64,000 bases of DNA from Rhina ancylostomus (lineage: Eukaryota): contig JARFYF010000060.1 of NCBI GenBank assembly GCA_030265395.1, forward strand, positions 18,266,809-18,330,808. The letters run 5' to 3'. Both the position numbers and the translations under genes were made by a program. Every line of letters starts with the position of its first letter. Position 1 is the stretch's first letter. Below, piece by piece: positions 13,790 through 26,724 of this stretch. The notes below the pieces were generated by a model. The model made no database searches. It was given only the letters and a program-made list of their open reading frames with translations, and was not told where the DNA came from.

Positions 13790-14105
13790 GCTGTTCTAGC
13801 CCATGAAGTCTGCCAGTTCTCAGTGCAATCCTCTTCCTCTGACTAATTTTCTCTGTAAACTACTCTCCCTACATTCCCAACAATTCCCCCCTACTCCGCT
13901 ACACACAATGAACAGTTTAAGGTGGCCAATTAATCTACCATCCTGCACATTGTTGGGATGTGGGTGGAAACTGGAGCACCTGGGGGAAACTCTCACAGTT
14001 TACAGGAAGAACATGCAAACTCCAGACAGATAGCATCAGAGGTCAGGCTTCAATCCAGGTTGCTGGCACTGTGAGGCAGCAGCTTTGCTATCTAAGCCAC
14101 TGTGC
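13790..14105 (-). mobile_element. V-SINE (HE1-like)
   Basis: The reverse strand reads gcacagtggcttag...gctgctgcctcacagtgccagcaacctggattgaagcc (tRNA-derived head), then ggagtttgcatgttct and gtttcccccaggtgctccagtttccacccaca (V domain). Confidence 0.85.
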
Positions 14106-15209
14106 AGTCCTCCAGGAATCAATTTTGCTGCTAGTATAAATTCTGTTTGTTGATACAAACTGGGCTAAAGGCAAAAAATAACATCAAATGATTGCAAGCT
14201 AATTGAGTATGCAGGACAGAGACACATACGAGTGCTGATGCAGTGCTGAAACAAATGGGTCTGTGTTTGTCACCATTAACCTCAATGTTCCTGGAGTGTG
14301 GGAGGAGGAAAAATTCAGCCTGGCTATCTCCAGCATTTTTAAGTGGTGTTAATTTTTTTGTGTGCTCAGCAATAACAGTTTGGCTTGTTCTTCATACCCC
14401 ACCTTTGTTTGTGAACTACAGCAGGTCAAGATAATGACCAAAACTTCTTGAATTTCATGCAAAAAACAGCACACAGCAGGTACTGCGAGGCTGAACAATC
14501 TTTATCCCTTCCCCTGCTTGTTTTAATTGGTTAGTTATGAGACCAGTCAGCAGCAAGTGCCTTTGCCAATTAGAATAGCTCTGTGATTCTTTGCAATTGG
14601 TTGCCCTGTGCTGGTGATATTTGAGCATGATTGGGTGTGTACTAGTTGGAGAGATGCCTTCTGACAGAGAATGGAACGCAAAGGGAAAAGGAAGCAAGGA
14701 GGGAAAATAAAATAACCACAGCTGGAACAAACAGAACTTAAAAGCAGTTATCCATCGTTCTTTGAGTCCAAGAAGCAAGGAGTTAGGACCCTGTCATAAC
14801 CTTAAAGGTCAGGAAGATTCCAACTTTAATTCCAGATTTGTGGCAATGGTAGAGTCACTGCTGAATCTTTTGGGGTGGGGAGAAGGCAGAGTGCTGCATT
14901 ATGCACTGATGAGAGCTGTGATCGTGTATACTGTCTGTATAGAGAGGGGGGCATGGGTGTGGTGTTGTCTAACACTTTCTGCTTGTGCAGTCATTGTGTG
15001 AGACCCAGCTGAAGATCAGTTGACATGGCCTCCCCTGGACAAATATCCTTTTACCACTCCGCACTCATGCTCATACACAACACTCCAGTTGGATGGGGAA
15101 GCAGAGGGGTCATGCCCTTGAATGCTGGATGCAGCAAAAGGCCACAACTTCAAACACTGGAAGAAAACACAGAATTTGGGACACAGGGAGGCACAGGCAC
15201 AGCTGCCTA

Positions 15210-15460
15210 TTACAAAATGATTAAAATAGGAGAATGGGCTCGAGGCCAGTTTGGAGAAGCGCGTAGATCTTAGAAAGATTGTAAGGCTGGAAGAGTTTAC
15301 AGGGATATGTCATGACACAGCTATGGAGAGATTTGAACACAGATTAGAAATTTAAAATTGAGGTGTTGCTGAGTTGGGAGCCAGTGTAGGTCCAGCAAGT
15401 ACAGGGTGGATGGTTGAACAGGATGTGGGAGTGAGTCATAGTAAAGTTTTAGATGAACAG
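15210..15460 (-). mobile_element. L2 fragment
   Basis: Aligns by eye with 18690-18930 (ggccag...ggagaag, atggagagatttgaacac, gggagccagtgtaggtccagca). Confidence 0.6.
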
Positions 15461-17499
15461 ACTTTTAGTCTTGAACGTATTTGTACTGAAGATGGCCCAC
15501 CATCGCTAACTTACCATGGCAACTTGGGACAAGCAATAAATGTCTCTGATCAGTATCACCCAAATCTCAAGAACAAAGGTCTTTTTTAATAGCAGCCTGT
15601 CAGTCCACTGCCAACAAGGGAAAGAAGCAAAGGGTCACTGGATGCATGCTGTTCAATGAGGCTGGGGAGTGCAGCCTCTCTGATTCCTTTGAACTGATGT
15701 CTTGGTGACAGTGCAGAGATTCACTTCAAAGAGTAAACATCTTACTGAGACTGTATCTAGTAATCACATGGGCTTTTAGCTTCAGAGTTGGTGGCTTCTC
15801 TCCAATGAAAGGATGCTGTTCAGATTGGTGGCATTGTCGTCTGTATTAGGGGCAGGGATGTTGACTGTCTTGGCTTATTTAAAAATAATCTTAATGCAAA
15901 TAGATTCTTTGTGTGTTAGTCAGTGGAACTTTGGGTTCCTGGTTTCAGTGGTGACTCAGGGCTCCTGTGTGAAGCCAGACCATTTGTTTCATTCTCTGTG
16001 AATAATAATCTCCAGGGGTGTGTCACGTGCAGTTATATTCTCTAACAGAGAGCCAGGCCATTCAATCCAACAAGTCCGCACTGGCAGTTTTCTTTGGCAC
16101 AAGCCTCCTTCAACTCCTCTTCATATCTATTGCTTGCTCCCTTGTGTGTTTGTCTGGTGTCTCCTTGATTCCATCACATGGAATTGTTGCAATACAGAAA
16201 GAGGCCTTGCAGCCCTTTAAACCTGTGCCGCAATCTTCGTGTTTCAACTCAACCTCTCCTTGTGGAAGACAGTTTCACAGAGTAATCAATCAGTGAAAAT
16301 GTTTTCCCTGAAATCCTACTAGATTTGTCTTATATTTATGAATTTTTATTCTGGAAAAAGAAGCTGCAACTAACACAATAATTCTTTGAGGAAATGGTCA
16401 ATAGGGGGAGATGAGGAATACATCCCAATAATTACCTGCATACTGGGCTTTTGTACATGCAACAAAAATCATAAAAGTTAAATAATGACAAAAGCTGAAT
16501 GATAGCAGTGACCTCGCCATCTCCCTTTCTCATTAATTGAAATCACAGCCAAGTTGAATATCGTTCCAAGGTTTGAGGTTTATCTATTTTTAGATATATA
16601 TTGTAAATGTGATGTAGAGATCACTGAGTCTGGCTGATGTTTATTACTGTATCTAACACCAAAGATGTGTCACACAGTATGTATGACAAGATCTAGGAAA
16701 GATTTCTGCACCACCATCAACATCCAGTATTTTGAGAAGTTGGTTGGAGCTAAAATTACAATTTAAGAGCCCAGTGTTATTTATTTAGCTGAACTTAGCT
16801 GGTGCTATTTCAATTGACTCAAAATCATGGTGTTTCCAATCCTCCAGGACTGCCTTGAAGTTTCAGAGACTTGAAGATTAACCTTCAGGCCACTCCTTCC
16901 ATACAATGAGCAGAACATCATAAGGTTGTTAAAAAATTGATAGATTTGTTCATTTTCTTTCAGCACTTTAGTCATGTGTATTGCAAAAGGAAAAGGCTAT
17001 TTGCCCATTCAGTGCTGTTAGAGAGAGAAGGTCACGTTATAAAATTACAGAAATACAGTTAACCAAAGTTAGCACCCAAATTTAAGAGTCCTAATTGTTA
17101 ACCAGTGAATTCTCCCTTTCTAGGGAGTTTGTAGATGGATGTGGATTCATTCCAAAAGAGTTCTAATACAGTAGCATCAATAATTTTAGAGATCAAAATG
17201 AACTATATAGGCATGATAACTATTGCATAGGATGGGTTTTACCAACAATCCTTTGATGAGCAGCTGGCAATATGTTTGTCATTTGTGCCCGTTCTTAACT
17301 TCACACTCAATGCATTTCTATATATGTAGAGTGACCCAGCTGTGGGTGACACCTGCATGGCCTTACCCTCAGTGAAACTGTCACCCCTTTGAAATCATAG
17401 TATATATATACATTTTGCTTCTCCTAAGCTCTGGCCACAAGCTAACACAAACTGCATGGATTTTGGATGAGGGCAGGAATGCATAAAAAATACATATCC

Positions 17500-18185
17500 A
17501 TTCATGGTTATCTGGGCATTGCCAATCAGGTCACCAATTATCATCTATCCCTATTTGTCTTTAAGAAGATAGTGTTGAGGAATCTTTTTAAATGACTGCA
17601 GTACTTGTAATGGATGTGTTCCCATAGTGCTGGATTTTGGAATTTCTGAATTTTGAAACCATGATGATAAAGGAGTGGCAGATATGTTTTTAAGTCACGA
17701 TGATGTGAGCCAGGAAGAGAAAATTGGTGGCCATGCTGTTCCTATGCGTTTGCTTCCCTATGTTCTCCTCAGTGAAAGAGGTTATGGGTTTGAGAGGTCA
17801 AGTCAAAGTTTAACTAGTTGTTGCAGTTCAGCTTGAAAATACACTGCAGAAATGGTTGTCCATGCCTTGATGCATACAGCATTATTAGGGAAGATATAAA
17901 TGGAACTAAACATAGTGAATTCTGCCCACATCTCACCTCATGAATGGGGGGCAGGTTATTAGCAGAGCAGTTGAGGATACTTGTACCTAGTCATTGCTGT
18001 GAACAACTTCTGCTGGAGCTGAGATAATTGACCCCAGCAAACTCAATCATCTTTCTTAGTGCTGGGTATGACTCAAACCCATTATTTTCATTTTACCAGG
18101 ATTTCTCAATGCCACAATTAGTCAAGCGCTGCCTTATTATCAAAGAACATCACTTATCTCTGGAATGGGTCTACATTTGGACCAA
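17500..18185 (-). mobile_element. Degenerate LINE RT/3' fragment (family of 32450-33350)
   Basis: Colinear similarity to 32450-33260 (atccctatttgtct, cagttgaggat, gtatgactc, ttttaccagg, gtcaagcgctgcctt). Confidence 0.6.
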
Positions 18186-18204
18186 GGTAAAGCGAAGCCT
18201 GTAG

Positions 18205-18620
18205 CCAAGTCAACAAAAACAGAATGCTGGAAGATCTCAGTGGGTCAAGTAGCATCTGTGGAGGCAAAAGGTGTGTCATTGTTGAGGGGCAAATAGAACC
18301 AGTTGTAGGGGTGGTGGGACAGAGGCTGATAGGTGATAGGTGGAACCAGAGGAAGAGGAGATGATGGGTAGATGGAACCAGTTGGGGGAGGGGAGAGTGG
18401 GACAGAGGCTGGTAAGTTATATGTGGAGCCAGATGGGGAAGGGATAATGGGCAGATGGAACCAGGTAGGGAAGGGGTTGGGAGGGATGAACAAAGGAAGA
18501 AGAAAACTAGTTGGTCAGGCGATTGTGTGTGGGTGGAGAACACTGGAGGTGTGGGTTACCTTGAAGTTGGAATATTCAATGTTCATACCATTGGGTTGTA
18601 AGTTATCCAAGCAGAATACC
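18205..18620 (-). mobile_element. Penelope-like element 3' end with internal tandem repeats
   Basis: The reverse strand of 18560-18619 translates to VFCLDNLQPNGMNIEYSNFK, typical of the C-terminus of PLE GIY-YIG endonucleases (LQPxGxN). Imperfect repeats gatggaaccag...gggacagaggctg lie at 18290-18480, and the terminal block aatgctggaagatctcagtgggtcaagtagcatctgtggag is present. Confidence 0.8.
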
Positions 18621-18629
18621 AAAACCCAA

Positions 18630-18970
18630 GGTTTAAAGTGGAGTGGGCTTCAAAAGTTAGGACCTGAGCAACTGAAGACATGGCCTAAAATGGTGGAGAG
18701 TGAAAATAGGAGAGGTGAAGAGGCCAGAACTGGAGAAGTGCAGAGGCCTCAGAGGGAGGGGTTGAGAGGAGGAGGGCATGGAGGGATTTGAAAACAGAGA
18801 TGAGAATTTTAAGACTGAGGCATTGTTGGATCTGGAGCCAATATAGGTCAGCATGCATGGGGTGGTGAATGAATGAGATCTGATGCTGGTTAGGATTAGG
18901 TAGCAGAGTTTTTGATGAGTTCAAGTTCACAGAGGGTGCAAGGCTAGAGAGAGTATTGCAGCAGTCTCAA
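18630..18970 (-). mobile_element. L2-clade LINE ORF2 C-terminal fragment
   Basis: ORF 18685-18930 reads HHPMHADLYWLQIQQCLSLKILISVFKSLH, matching the L2 motif ITPVLxxLHWLPVxxRIxFKILxLVFKxLH. Confidence 0.85.
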
Positions 18971-19479
18971 TGCATTAAAAGAAATATCTAAAGTTCAAGT
19001 AAAAGTCTGCAGGCATTACTTCTGCATGCCTAAATCTTTACAATCCAGTTCAGATAACTGGAGCATTCCTGGCTGATATTCAAATATCACAATTCACACA
19101 CAGCCATGCCGGTCCAGTTAAAAACATGTTAATCAATTTTGACAAATAATTTCTTTACATCAGTAATTGTTACATAATGTTTAAAAATCTACAGCATGTT
19201 TCAAAAATCAGGATCCAAACTTTCAATGATACAAATAAGAAAGTTGGTTGCTTACTGTCCAAGAATCATTAATCTACAAGCAGCTATGAATTTGCAAGTT
19301 TTGTTCATACTGTTGCATTAAACTTTGACTGACTGCTGGATTTATTTACACTACAATTATATTCTGTGACCTTAAGATGAAAAGGTTACCCTAGTAGTAG
19401 AATGATCGTTATATCCTATGGCTAGATACATACCTATGAGGATAAAAAGGTAGGGCAACCAAGGCCAGGCTTCCCTGAA

Positions 19480-20880
19480 TGATGAATGAGTAAAAAGAGG
19501 CAGACATTGCTGAGTATATGAAAGATGTCAGGTTGAAGGTTCAACTGGAAACCAAACTGAATATAGAAAGATCAAAGTGAAGGTGATAAAGGAAATAAAC
19601 AGGGCAAAGAGATAAAATAAGAGTAAATTGGTTTCAGTAGGTACATAACCAGAAAATGGACAGGAGGTGGAGTTAATAAGTGATAAAAAAGAAAGATTAT
19701 GCAGGACATGGGAGAGATGTACTTTGTCTTTATTGAAGAAAATGCTGCCAAAGTGACAGTCAACATTAAGATAGGCTAAAAACTGGCAAAAATGAAAGCT
19801 CTTGCAAGGCTGGTAAGATCTGGTACCAGATTTGTGTGGAATATTGCTTGGGTTTGCTGAGGGAAATAAGGTTGGAAGCTGCAGAGGGACTGGCCATAAT
19901 CTTCTATTCCACCTCAGTTATGATGATGGTGCCCAAGGATCGGATATTTGCCAATGTTAATAAAAGAATGCCTGAATAAAATTAACAACTACTTGCCATT
20001 TCAATTTAACNNNNNNNNNNNNNNNNNTGCCAGAACTGGTAAGTCAGTACAAAATGGATGGACGAGTATAATTTGATGGAGGAAAGGCAGCATACATTTG
20101 CTAATGTGCACAGGATGCTGAACTAACTTGAATGAGCTTTTTGATAAAGTGACAAAGAGGGTTGATGAGGGCAATGTAGTTGATGTGATGTATATGGAGC
20201 TTTAAAAAGTTTTTAATAGTATAATAGAATCTTGTCAGTACAGTTGAAGGTCAGTGGATAAAAAGGCGACTGCACATGGATAAGAAATTGGCATTGGGAC
20301 AGAAAATAAGGAGCAGTAGTAAACATTTGATTTTCAGGCCAGAGGAAGGTGAGCAGTGGTGTTCTGCAGGGTTTGATGCTGAAGGCATTGTGTTCCTCGA
20401 CATATGACTTATGCACTGTTTCCATATTTACAGTGATGCAAAACTTCAAAGTATGTTAGTCAGAGGTGGTGACTACCAGAGGATAAAGAAAGGCTGGTGG
20501 AATGAGTGGCCATATGGCAGATGAAATTTAACATAGAGAAGTGAAAAACAATGTAATCAGTTTGGAAGAACAAGGTGAGGCAATACTATATAAAAGGTGC
20601 AGTTCAAGGGTATCCATAGTAACAAAGTGACCTGAAGAGCGAAGGTGAAAAGGGAAATAGGAGGGGTAAAGAGATTATATGAATATAGATGTGTACAAAT
20701 CCATGAAGATAACAAACCAGATTGAGAAAGTGATTATAAAGTCATCAGGGTTAGGGCTTTATAAATAGAGGTATGGAAAAGCAAGGAAATGATATTAAAT
20801 CTCTATAAAATTACTCGTTTGGTCACAGCTAGTGTATTGTATCAAAATCTGAGCACCAGGCCCTAAGAATGACGTTTCAA
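19480..20880 (+). mobile_element. Old CR1 LINE ORF2 relic
   Basis: Degenerate RT blocks gttgatgagggcaatgtagttgatgtgatgtatatggagctttaaaaag, agtggtgttctgcaggg, tggcagatgaaatttaac and tattgtatcaaaatctgagcacca, colinear with the CR1 at 2300-3085. Confidence 0.75.
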
Positions 20881-22462
20881 TGCAGCAACAATGCTATCAT
20901 ACTATTAAATGGAACAACACTCCTCTCACTTTAAAATAATTAATTATCTGACTGACTATGATCGATACAACAGGCCTTTAATTTATATTAATAGAATCAT
21001 GTTCCAGAACATTTATCCTCTTCTACGAACTAATTTTCTTGAAAGTTATGATATTTGGAGATGGTCCATGACAAGAATTAGTTATACATTGTTCTTTCAA
21101 TTGTTCCTTAATTTATTTGCTCATTTAAAATGTTTGACTTAGAATTTAAAAGGGAAAGATGGCTGATTATTAATCACCAGAGGATTCCACTGTAAAAGAT
21201 GTTTGTTGGTTATTCTTTGTTTGGTCAATTTAGTTTTTATCTGATAAAGGAACCTTGATTTGCTTTTTAAGTGGAATGGGAGACCTTATCACCCACCCAT
21301 CATCTTGGAATAGTGAGACGTGGAAGCCAAAAATGTCCATTTCTTTTATATTTAGAACAGTAATGCAGACTCAATGAATGCACAATGGCTCCACACCTAC
21401 TGCACTAAATGCTTGGCCATCTCACAACCCTGCCAGTCAGTGTCAGGTATTTTTAGTCATCGAGTAATCCAGGGCCATAAGAATCAATCCCAACACTTGG
21501 TCTGGTTGGTTATTAGCATTAGATATTTGGTGCAGTTTCTTTCCTTGAGACCCCTAAAGCTCCAGTTTACATTAACTATTTTGGCTTTTCTAAGAAAAAA
21601 AAAGGACTGTTAGTAGGGAGATGGTTGGAAACAAAATTAATCCCTTATGTTCTGGCAGTGTCAAGGTGGGGCTCAGTGGCAACCCATCTTGCTGCTAAGT
21701 AATTTGGAAATAAGCTGTGTATTTTTGTCTCCTTTTTCCTGCAATTTTTCAGCTTCCCCTGGCATCTGGACTCATTACCAGAATGTGGCACCAGGAGTGT
21801 AGAGAATAGGCTGGTACTTTGAAATAAAGAACAACTATACCTGTGGTTTTAGACACTGAGAGTTCATTGGCTTCTCATCCATTGTCGCACGTCTGCCCCC
21901 AGCAAGATTGACTGGATAATGTGTGGGCTTCTTTGGTGTTGTTGCAAGTACCAGCACTTACACTAAACCCAGCCTTTACTGAAGGTTGCTATTCTTAAAC
22001 TAAACAGCAGTGCCGATATCACAGTGTATCAAGATCATAACGCATGGTACTTTTAAAAGTACATTCATATATGCTGGACCGCTTTCCACTTAAAATGTGA
22101 TAAATGCAGGCTATTCATCCACAATCTACATACACTAAATGTTATAATCAGATTGCTAATTACAAATATCAAATTATACAACTAACAAGTTGTTTGCAAA
22201 GAGAAATATAGAATATATAATAACCAAATACTAATTTACTTAGTTTCTCAGTCTTCACCCCTTAGCTATAAGCTGTATTTAACATTTCTGTGGTTGGTGC
22301 CATTACATAATTAGTTCCATCCATTGAACCACTAAACTGTGTGCAGTATACAGTCTACATAAACATCAACACAAGCATCTAATAAATCTAATTAATAACT
22401 CCAGCAGATACAATATATTTGGCATATTACTGATTTTAAGAACTCAGTAATAGTGTCCTTAC

Positions 22463-24585
22463 TTTGTAGACCTTTTAACACTTTCTGACTTTTTTGCCTT
22501 TATTTCTATTGTGTCTTCCATTTAGACTTTTCTTCCAATGCCTGAACTGTGTTTCACCTTTTTTTAACTTCAAAAGGTGGATCCATCTGCTGCTCTATTT
22601 TTTTGAGGCATTTATTTTGAGCTCTGCCACCCAGAACATTCCACATTGGGGCTACAGCACAGAGGGGACCTAGTTGCCGCTTTCATTTCCCAGATTATGA
22701 ATCAAATCACTAGGTCTTAATTTTGCTTGTTGCTTCTGGTATGGCTGAAGTGTTGTCCAACTGAAGTTCTCTAAACAACATTAATCAGACATTTGTGATG
22801 GGTAACCTGAATGATAGGATCACAGTCCACATTGTCTTTACATTTCCTTTGTTTTTTTATCATTTGTCATTTGTTCAAACTAGTTTTTGTTATCTATTTC
22901 TTTCACACCTTGGCTTCGTTCCAGTCCAGAGTCCATGGTACTGGAATCCATGTTGGTTTTAGACCAGTCTTGCTCATAACTTGTGGTTCCTGTGCACTTC
23001 TCTGCCCCTTTTTTACAGTCGGAGCTATTCACGTTCTCACCAGAGCTTTCCTTTGGCTTTGATGGCTCTCCATTGTGTCTTCATTATTATTTCCGCATTG
23101 GGAATCCATGGCACTCCTGAGCTGTTTCTATTGAAGTCTAGTGGTGCACAGTGGTAACTTACCTTGTGACTTTGGCCTATGTTGCTTAAATTTCCACTTG
23201 GATTTCCCTGCATTAGCGTGTGTTCCATCTTGTGTCACCTCTGTCATTTCCTTAATCAATGATGCATCATAACCATTTTCAGAGCAGCCTGTCTCATCTA
23301 CAGTAAGAACCTTCAAATCTTGTCATGATTGTGCATTAGTCATTTTTAATATATTGCCCACAACATGGATAACGCAAGACTGGCCCTCCACTTTTATACC
23401 TTGCCTCTGTTTCAACACTGCCACTTTATTCTCAGATTCAATAAATAAAACACCCCATGATTCAAGATATATTAGAGAGCCACTACTTATAATATCTACA
23501 ACATCTTTGAAGTCTGTTGAGATCAGCCAGCTTAATGTTGAAAATGTTNNNNNNNNNNNNNNNNNNNNNNNNNNNNNNNNNNNNNNNNNNNNNNNNNNNN
23601 NNNNNNNNNNNNNNNNNNNNNNNNNNNNNNNNNNNNNNNNNNNNNNNNTAACAGCACTCTGGAAATACTCCTCAGGTTGCTTTCTGTGCTGCACCTTTTC
23701 ATCATCTTTTTTGGTCAGTTGTGCAGTTTTTAGACCAATCTATCCCAGAACTTATAGTTTTTATCAGCTTGTCCAGCAAGGGCCAAAGTAATTTCAATTC
23801 CTTCCATTATGGTTGTATCACAGACATAGTGTTAGCCACTTCCTTACCGGTACACTGTGCCAGGTTGTAACTGCTTCCTCTCATTCCTGTTCTCTGTTCT
23901 TGAGGCTTTTCTTTTCCATCATTGCCTTTCATAGCTGCAAGAACTTAGCTTTTGGCTTCCATCTCCAAAGTACTTTTTGCTTTTGTCTAATCCACGTTGT
24001 TGGAAACTCTTATCTAAAACCTTCTGTTCAATTGATGACATCTCCAGACTCTCACAAGGATCAGCAGGCAATCTTTGTGAATCTTCCTTCTTCACCAGAT
24101 GACACAGTTTGCTTGAACGCATTACCAAGTGAAGGTTATTCGTCTTCTGAAGAGATTAAGTTGCCAGCCATATTACATGTAGTTTCTGAAATTCTCCTTT
24201 AAGGTTTTTACAGTGTCTTTGTGAGAGACCTCTTGTGTGCTTTGTGTCACAGACAGATTCACCAGTGTTTTATATGTCTCCAGCCTAATGCCATCAACTC
24301 ATGTGTTTTTGTTTCTTATGATACGTACTGTATCTTTCACCACATCACCAGTCAAGGTGCACACCTCAACAAATAGTTCTACACACTCCGCAGACAGAGC
24401 AAATGGCCAAATTAACTCATGGTTTTCAGATTTGCTTTTCCTGCCATTCTCACTATGCCTGGTCCAACATGGAGAGCCCATTTTTCTATTTTCTATTCTA
24501 GCCTAGATATCCATCTCCTTTCACTCTCACAAGCAACAACATCCCAAATTTGTTCTCAGTATTTCATCCATGGATTCTTTTATTG
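22463..24585 (-). pseudogene. Candidate decayed large coding exon encoding an S/E/K/T/N-rich, probably disordered protein region
   Basis: Chain of near-contiguous minus-strand reading frames broken by stops and frameshifts. Acceptor-like ctctatcttgtcttgggacttgtag before 24585 and donor-like AAA|gtaagg after 22463. No TE motifs recognised. Confidence 0.45.
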
Positions 24586-26180
24586 CTACAAGTCCCAAGA
24601 CAAGATAGAGCTAACAACAGTGGGGCCTTTATTGAAGGAAGCCATTCTCAAACAATGTATTTTGATATACCACGTTATACACTCAGTTTTTAAAGGTCTA
24701 CTCATACTCACAATGTTCAATAAAGAAAGGCTTGTATTTCTGTATTAGTTTTGTAACCTCAACACTCCAAAGACTTTTACTTTCAGTCAAGCTTTGTTGA
24801 TGTCCAGCTATTGTTCTAATATAATAAATCTATTAGCCAGTTTGTGCACACCAGGTATACTGAGGTAAATACATAATCTGTGTTTAGTAATATTGCTTGA
24901 GAAAAACACATTGACCAGGAGCTCTGAAGTATCTTTAATATCCTCCTGAGGGCAGATGGACAGCTTGGTTAAGGTTTCATCTGTAAGATTGCACCTCTGA
25001 CGTTGCACCTCTGAGAATGCCAGCCATGATTCCGTATACACACAAGACCACAAAAATATAGGAGCAGGAGTAGGCTATCTGGCCCTTCAAGCCTGTCCCA
25101 TCTTTTAACATGATCCTGGCAGATCTATTCTGGCCTCAGCTCTTCCATGCTATTTCTCTATATCCTTCTATTCCTTGATTTATCAAATATTTATCCACCT
25201 CCACTTTAAATCCATTGAATGATCCAGCTTCCACCACCTGCTTGGGCAGAGAATTCCAGAGATTCACCACCCTCTGTGAGAAGAAATTTATTCTCAAGTT
25301 GTTGGTGCAAGATTGAAGAGACAGAAATCCTGGCTAATTATTTTTTGTACCCCAAACCCGGGAGTCCTGGTGGGGTTGGAGAACCTCTTACTGCCTCTTC
25401 AGTTGAGATCAGCTGTTAGATATCTGTCTCTAACTTCTCAGCTGTTCATTGAAANNNNNNNNNNNNNNNNNNNNNNNNNNNNNNNNNNNNNNNNNNNNNN
25501 NNNNNNNNNNNNNNNNNNNNNNNNNNNNNNNNNNNNNNNNNNNNNNNNNNNNNNCTCAGCTGTTCATTGAAAATCAGATGCTGGAATTCTGAAGGAAAAG
25601 AAGAAAAAGTTGGAAAAACAGCACAAATGCTGCCTATTCTGCTGAGTTTTTCCAACATTTTCTGTTGTTATCTCAGCTGTTTATTGTCTTTTTCTACTAA
25701 ACCATCTGACCAAACTTTTTAGCAACATTCAAATATTTTAAGCTGGCAGTGATTGAGGAAGGGAGGAGTTATACATACCACAACATCACCGCAGGAGAAA
25801 GAATGTATTAAGAACATAGCAAGGCTTCCCGACACAGGCTAGGCTTTAGCCAACTTTATCATGAAATGATGGCAATGGCCCTTTAATACACATCCCTTAC
25901 TCAAGCAAGACAGGAAGTGATTCAGGGCCTAGAAATGATTGAATTCTCCTTAAAGAGGAAAAGGAAGAGGAAGCTGGTGGTAGCAGTACAACTATTTTAT
26001 AAAAGAAATATGTTTGTGTAGAAGTGAGTCAGACTGAAGTTAATGTCAGCCTCCTCCTACACAGCCACGGGTCATTGAAGCACTTCTCNNNNNNNNNNGA
26101 TCTGTGTTTTAAATTTTAAAATATTTTCATTTCCTTTCCAAATGCTCCACACAGACCCCTAAGGCTTTTGCCTCAAGGGG

Positions 26181-26370
26181 ATTCAGTTCCTAAAGGCATA
26201 GATTGGCAGGGCACAGTTACTGATCTCACAGATTGTTACTACAGTACAGCTCCTCATGACACAGACCACTGGGCTATAGTTTCTAAACTAGAGAGTGCTG
26301 GGGTACAGCTCTTGATTGCACAGACTATTAGGGTACAGTACCTAAAGGCACAGATTGTTGCAGTATAGTT
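26181..26370. repeat. Degenerate ~30-bp minisatellite, ~6 units
   Basis: Units resembling tacagctcctaaaggcacagattgctgggg repeat head-to-tail. Confidence 0.75.
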
Positions 26371-26724
26371 ATGAGCTTGATTAAGCACAGCTTGATTAAG
26401 AGGTTAATTAAACCACCTTGTGTCAGAGTCAATATTTGTCCCCGAACAGAACTGTGAAGTTCCTTTGGCATGGTTGAGTTGGGCTGAAGGGCCAGTTTTT
26501 GTGCTGTATAACTCCATGACTTTTGACGTGTTTTGCAATGTTAAGGATGCTATTTAAATCCCAGTTGTTGTATCTGAAATAGATGCATATCACTCTCTGC
26601 ATGATTTCCTCTATTTTCCGAAGGATCTGTCATGTAATTCAGCAGCTGATTTCACCATATAAATTGTAGGCATTACTTGTTCTACAAATTATAAAGCAGA
26701 GGAGAAATAAAAATCTCAACAGCA

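Noticed and set aside
18290-18480. Regularly spaced repeats resembling a CRISPR-like array
   Set aside because: Imperfect tandem units within a Penelope element, with no unique spacers or cas genes, in a eukaryotic context.
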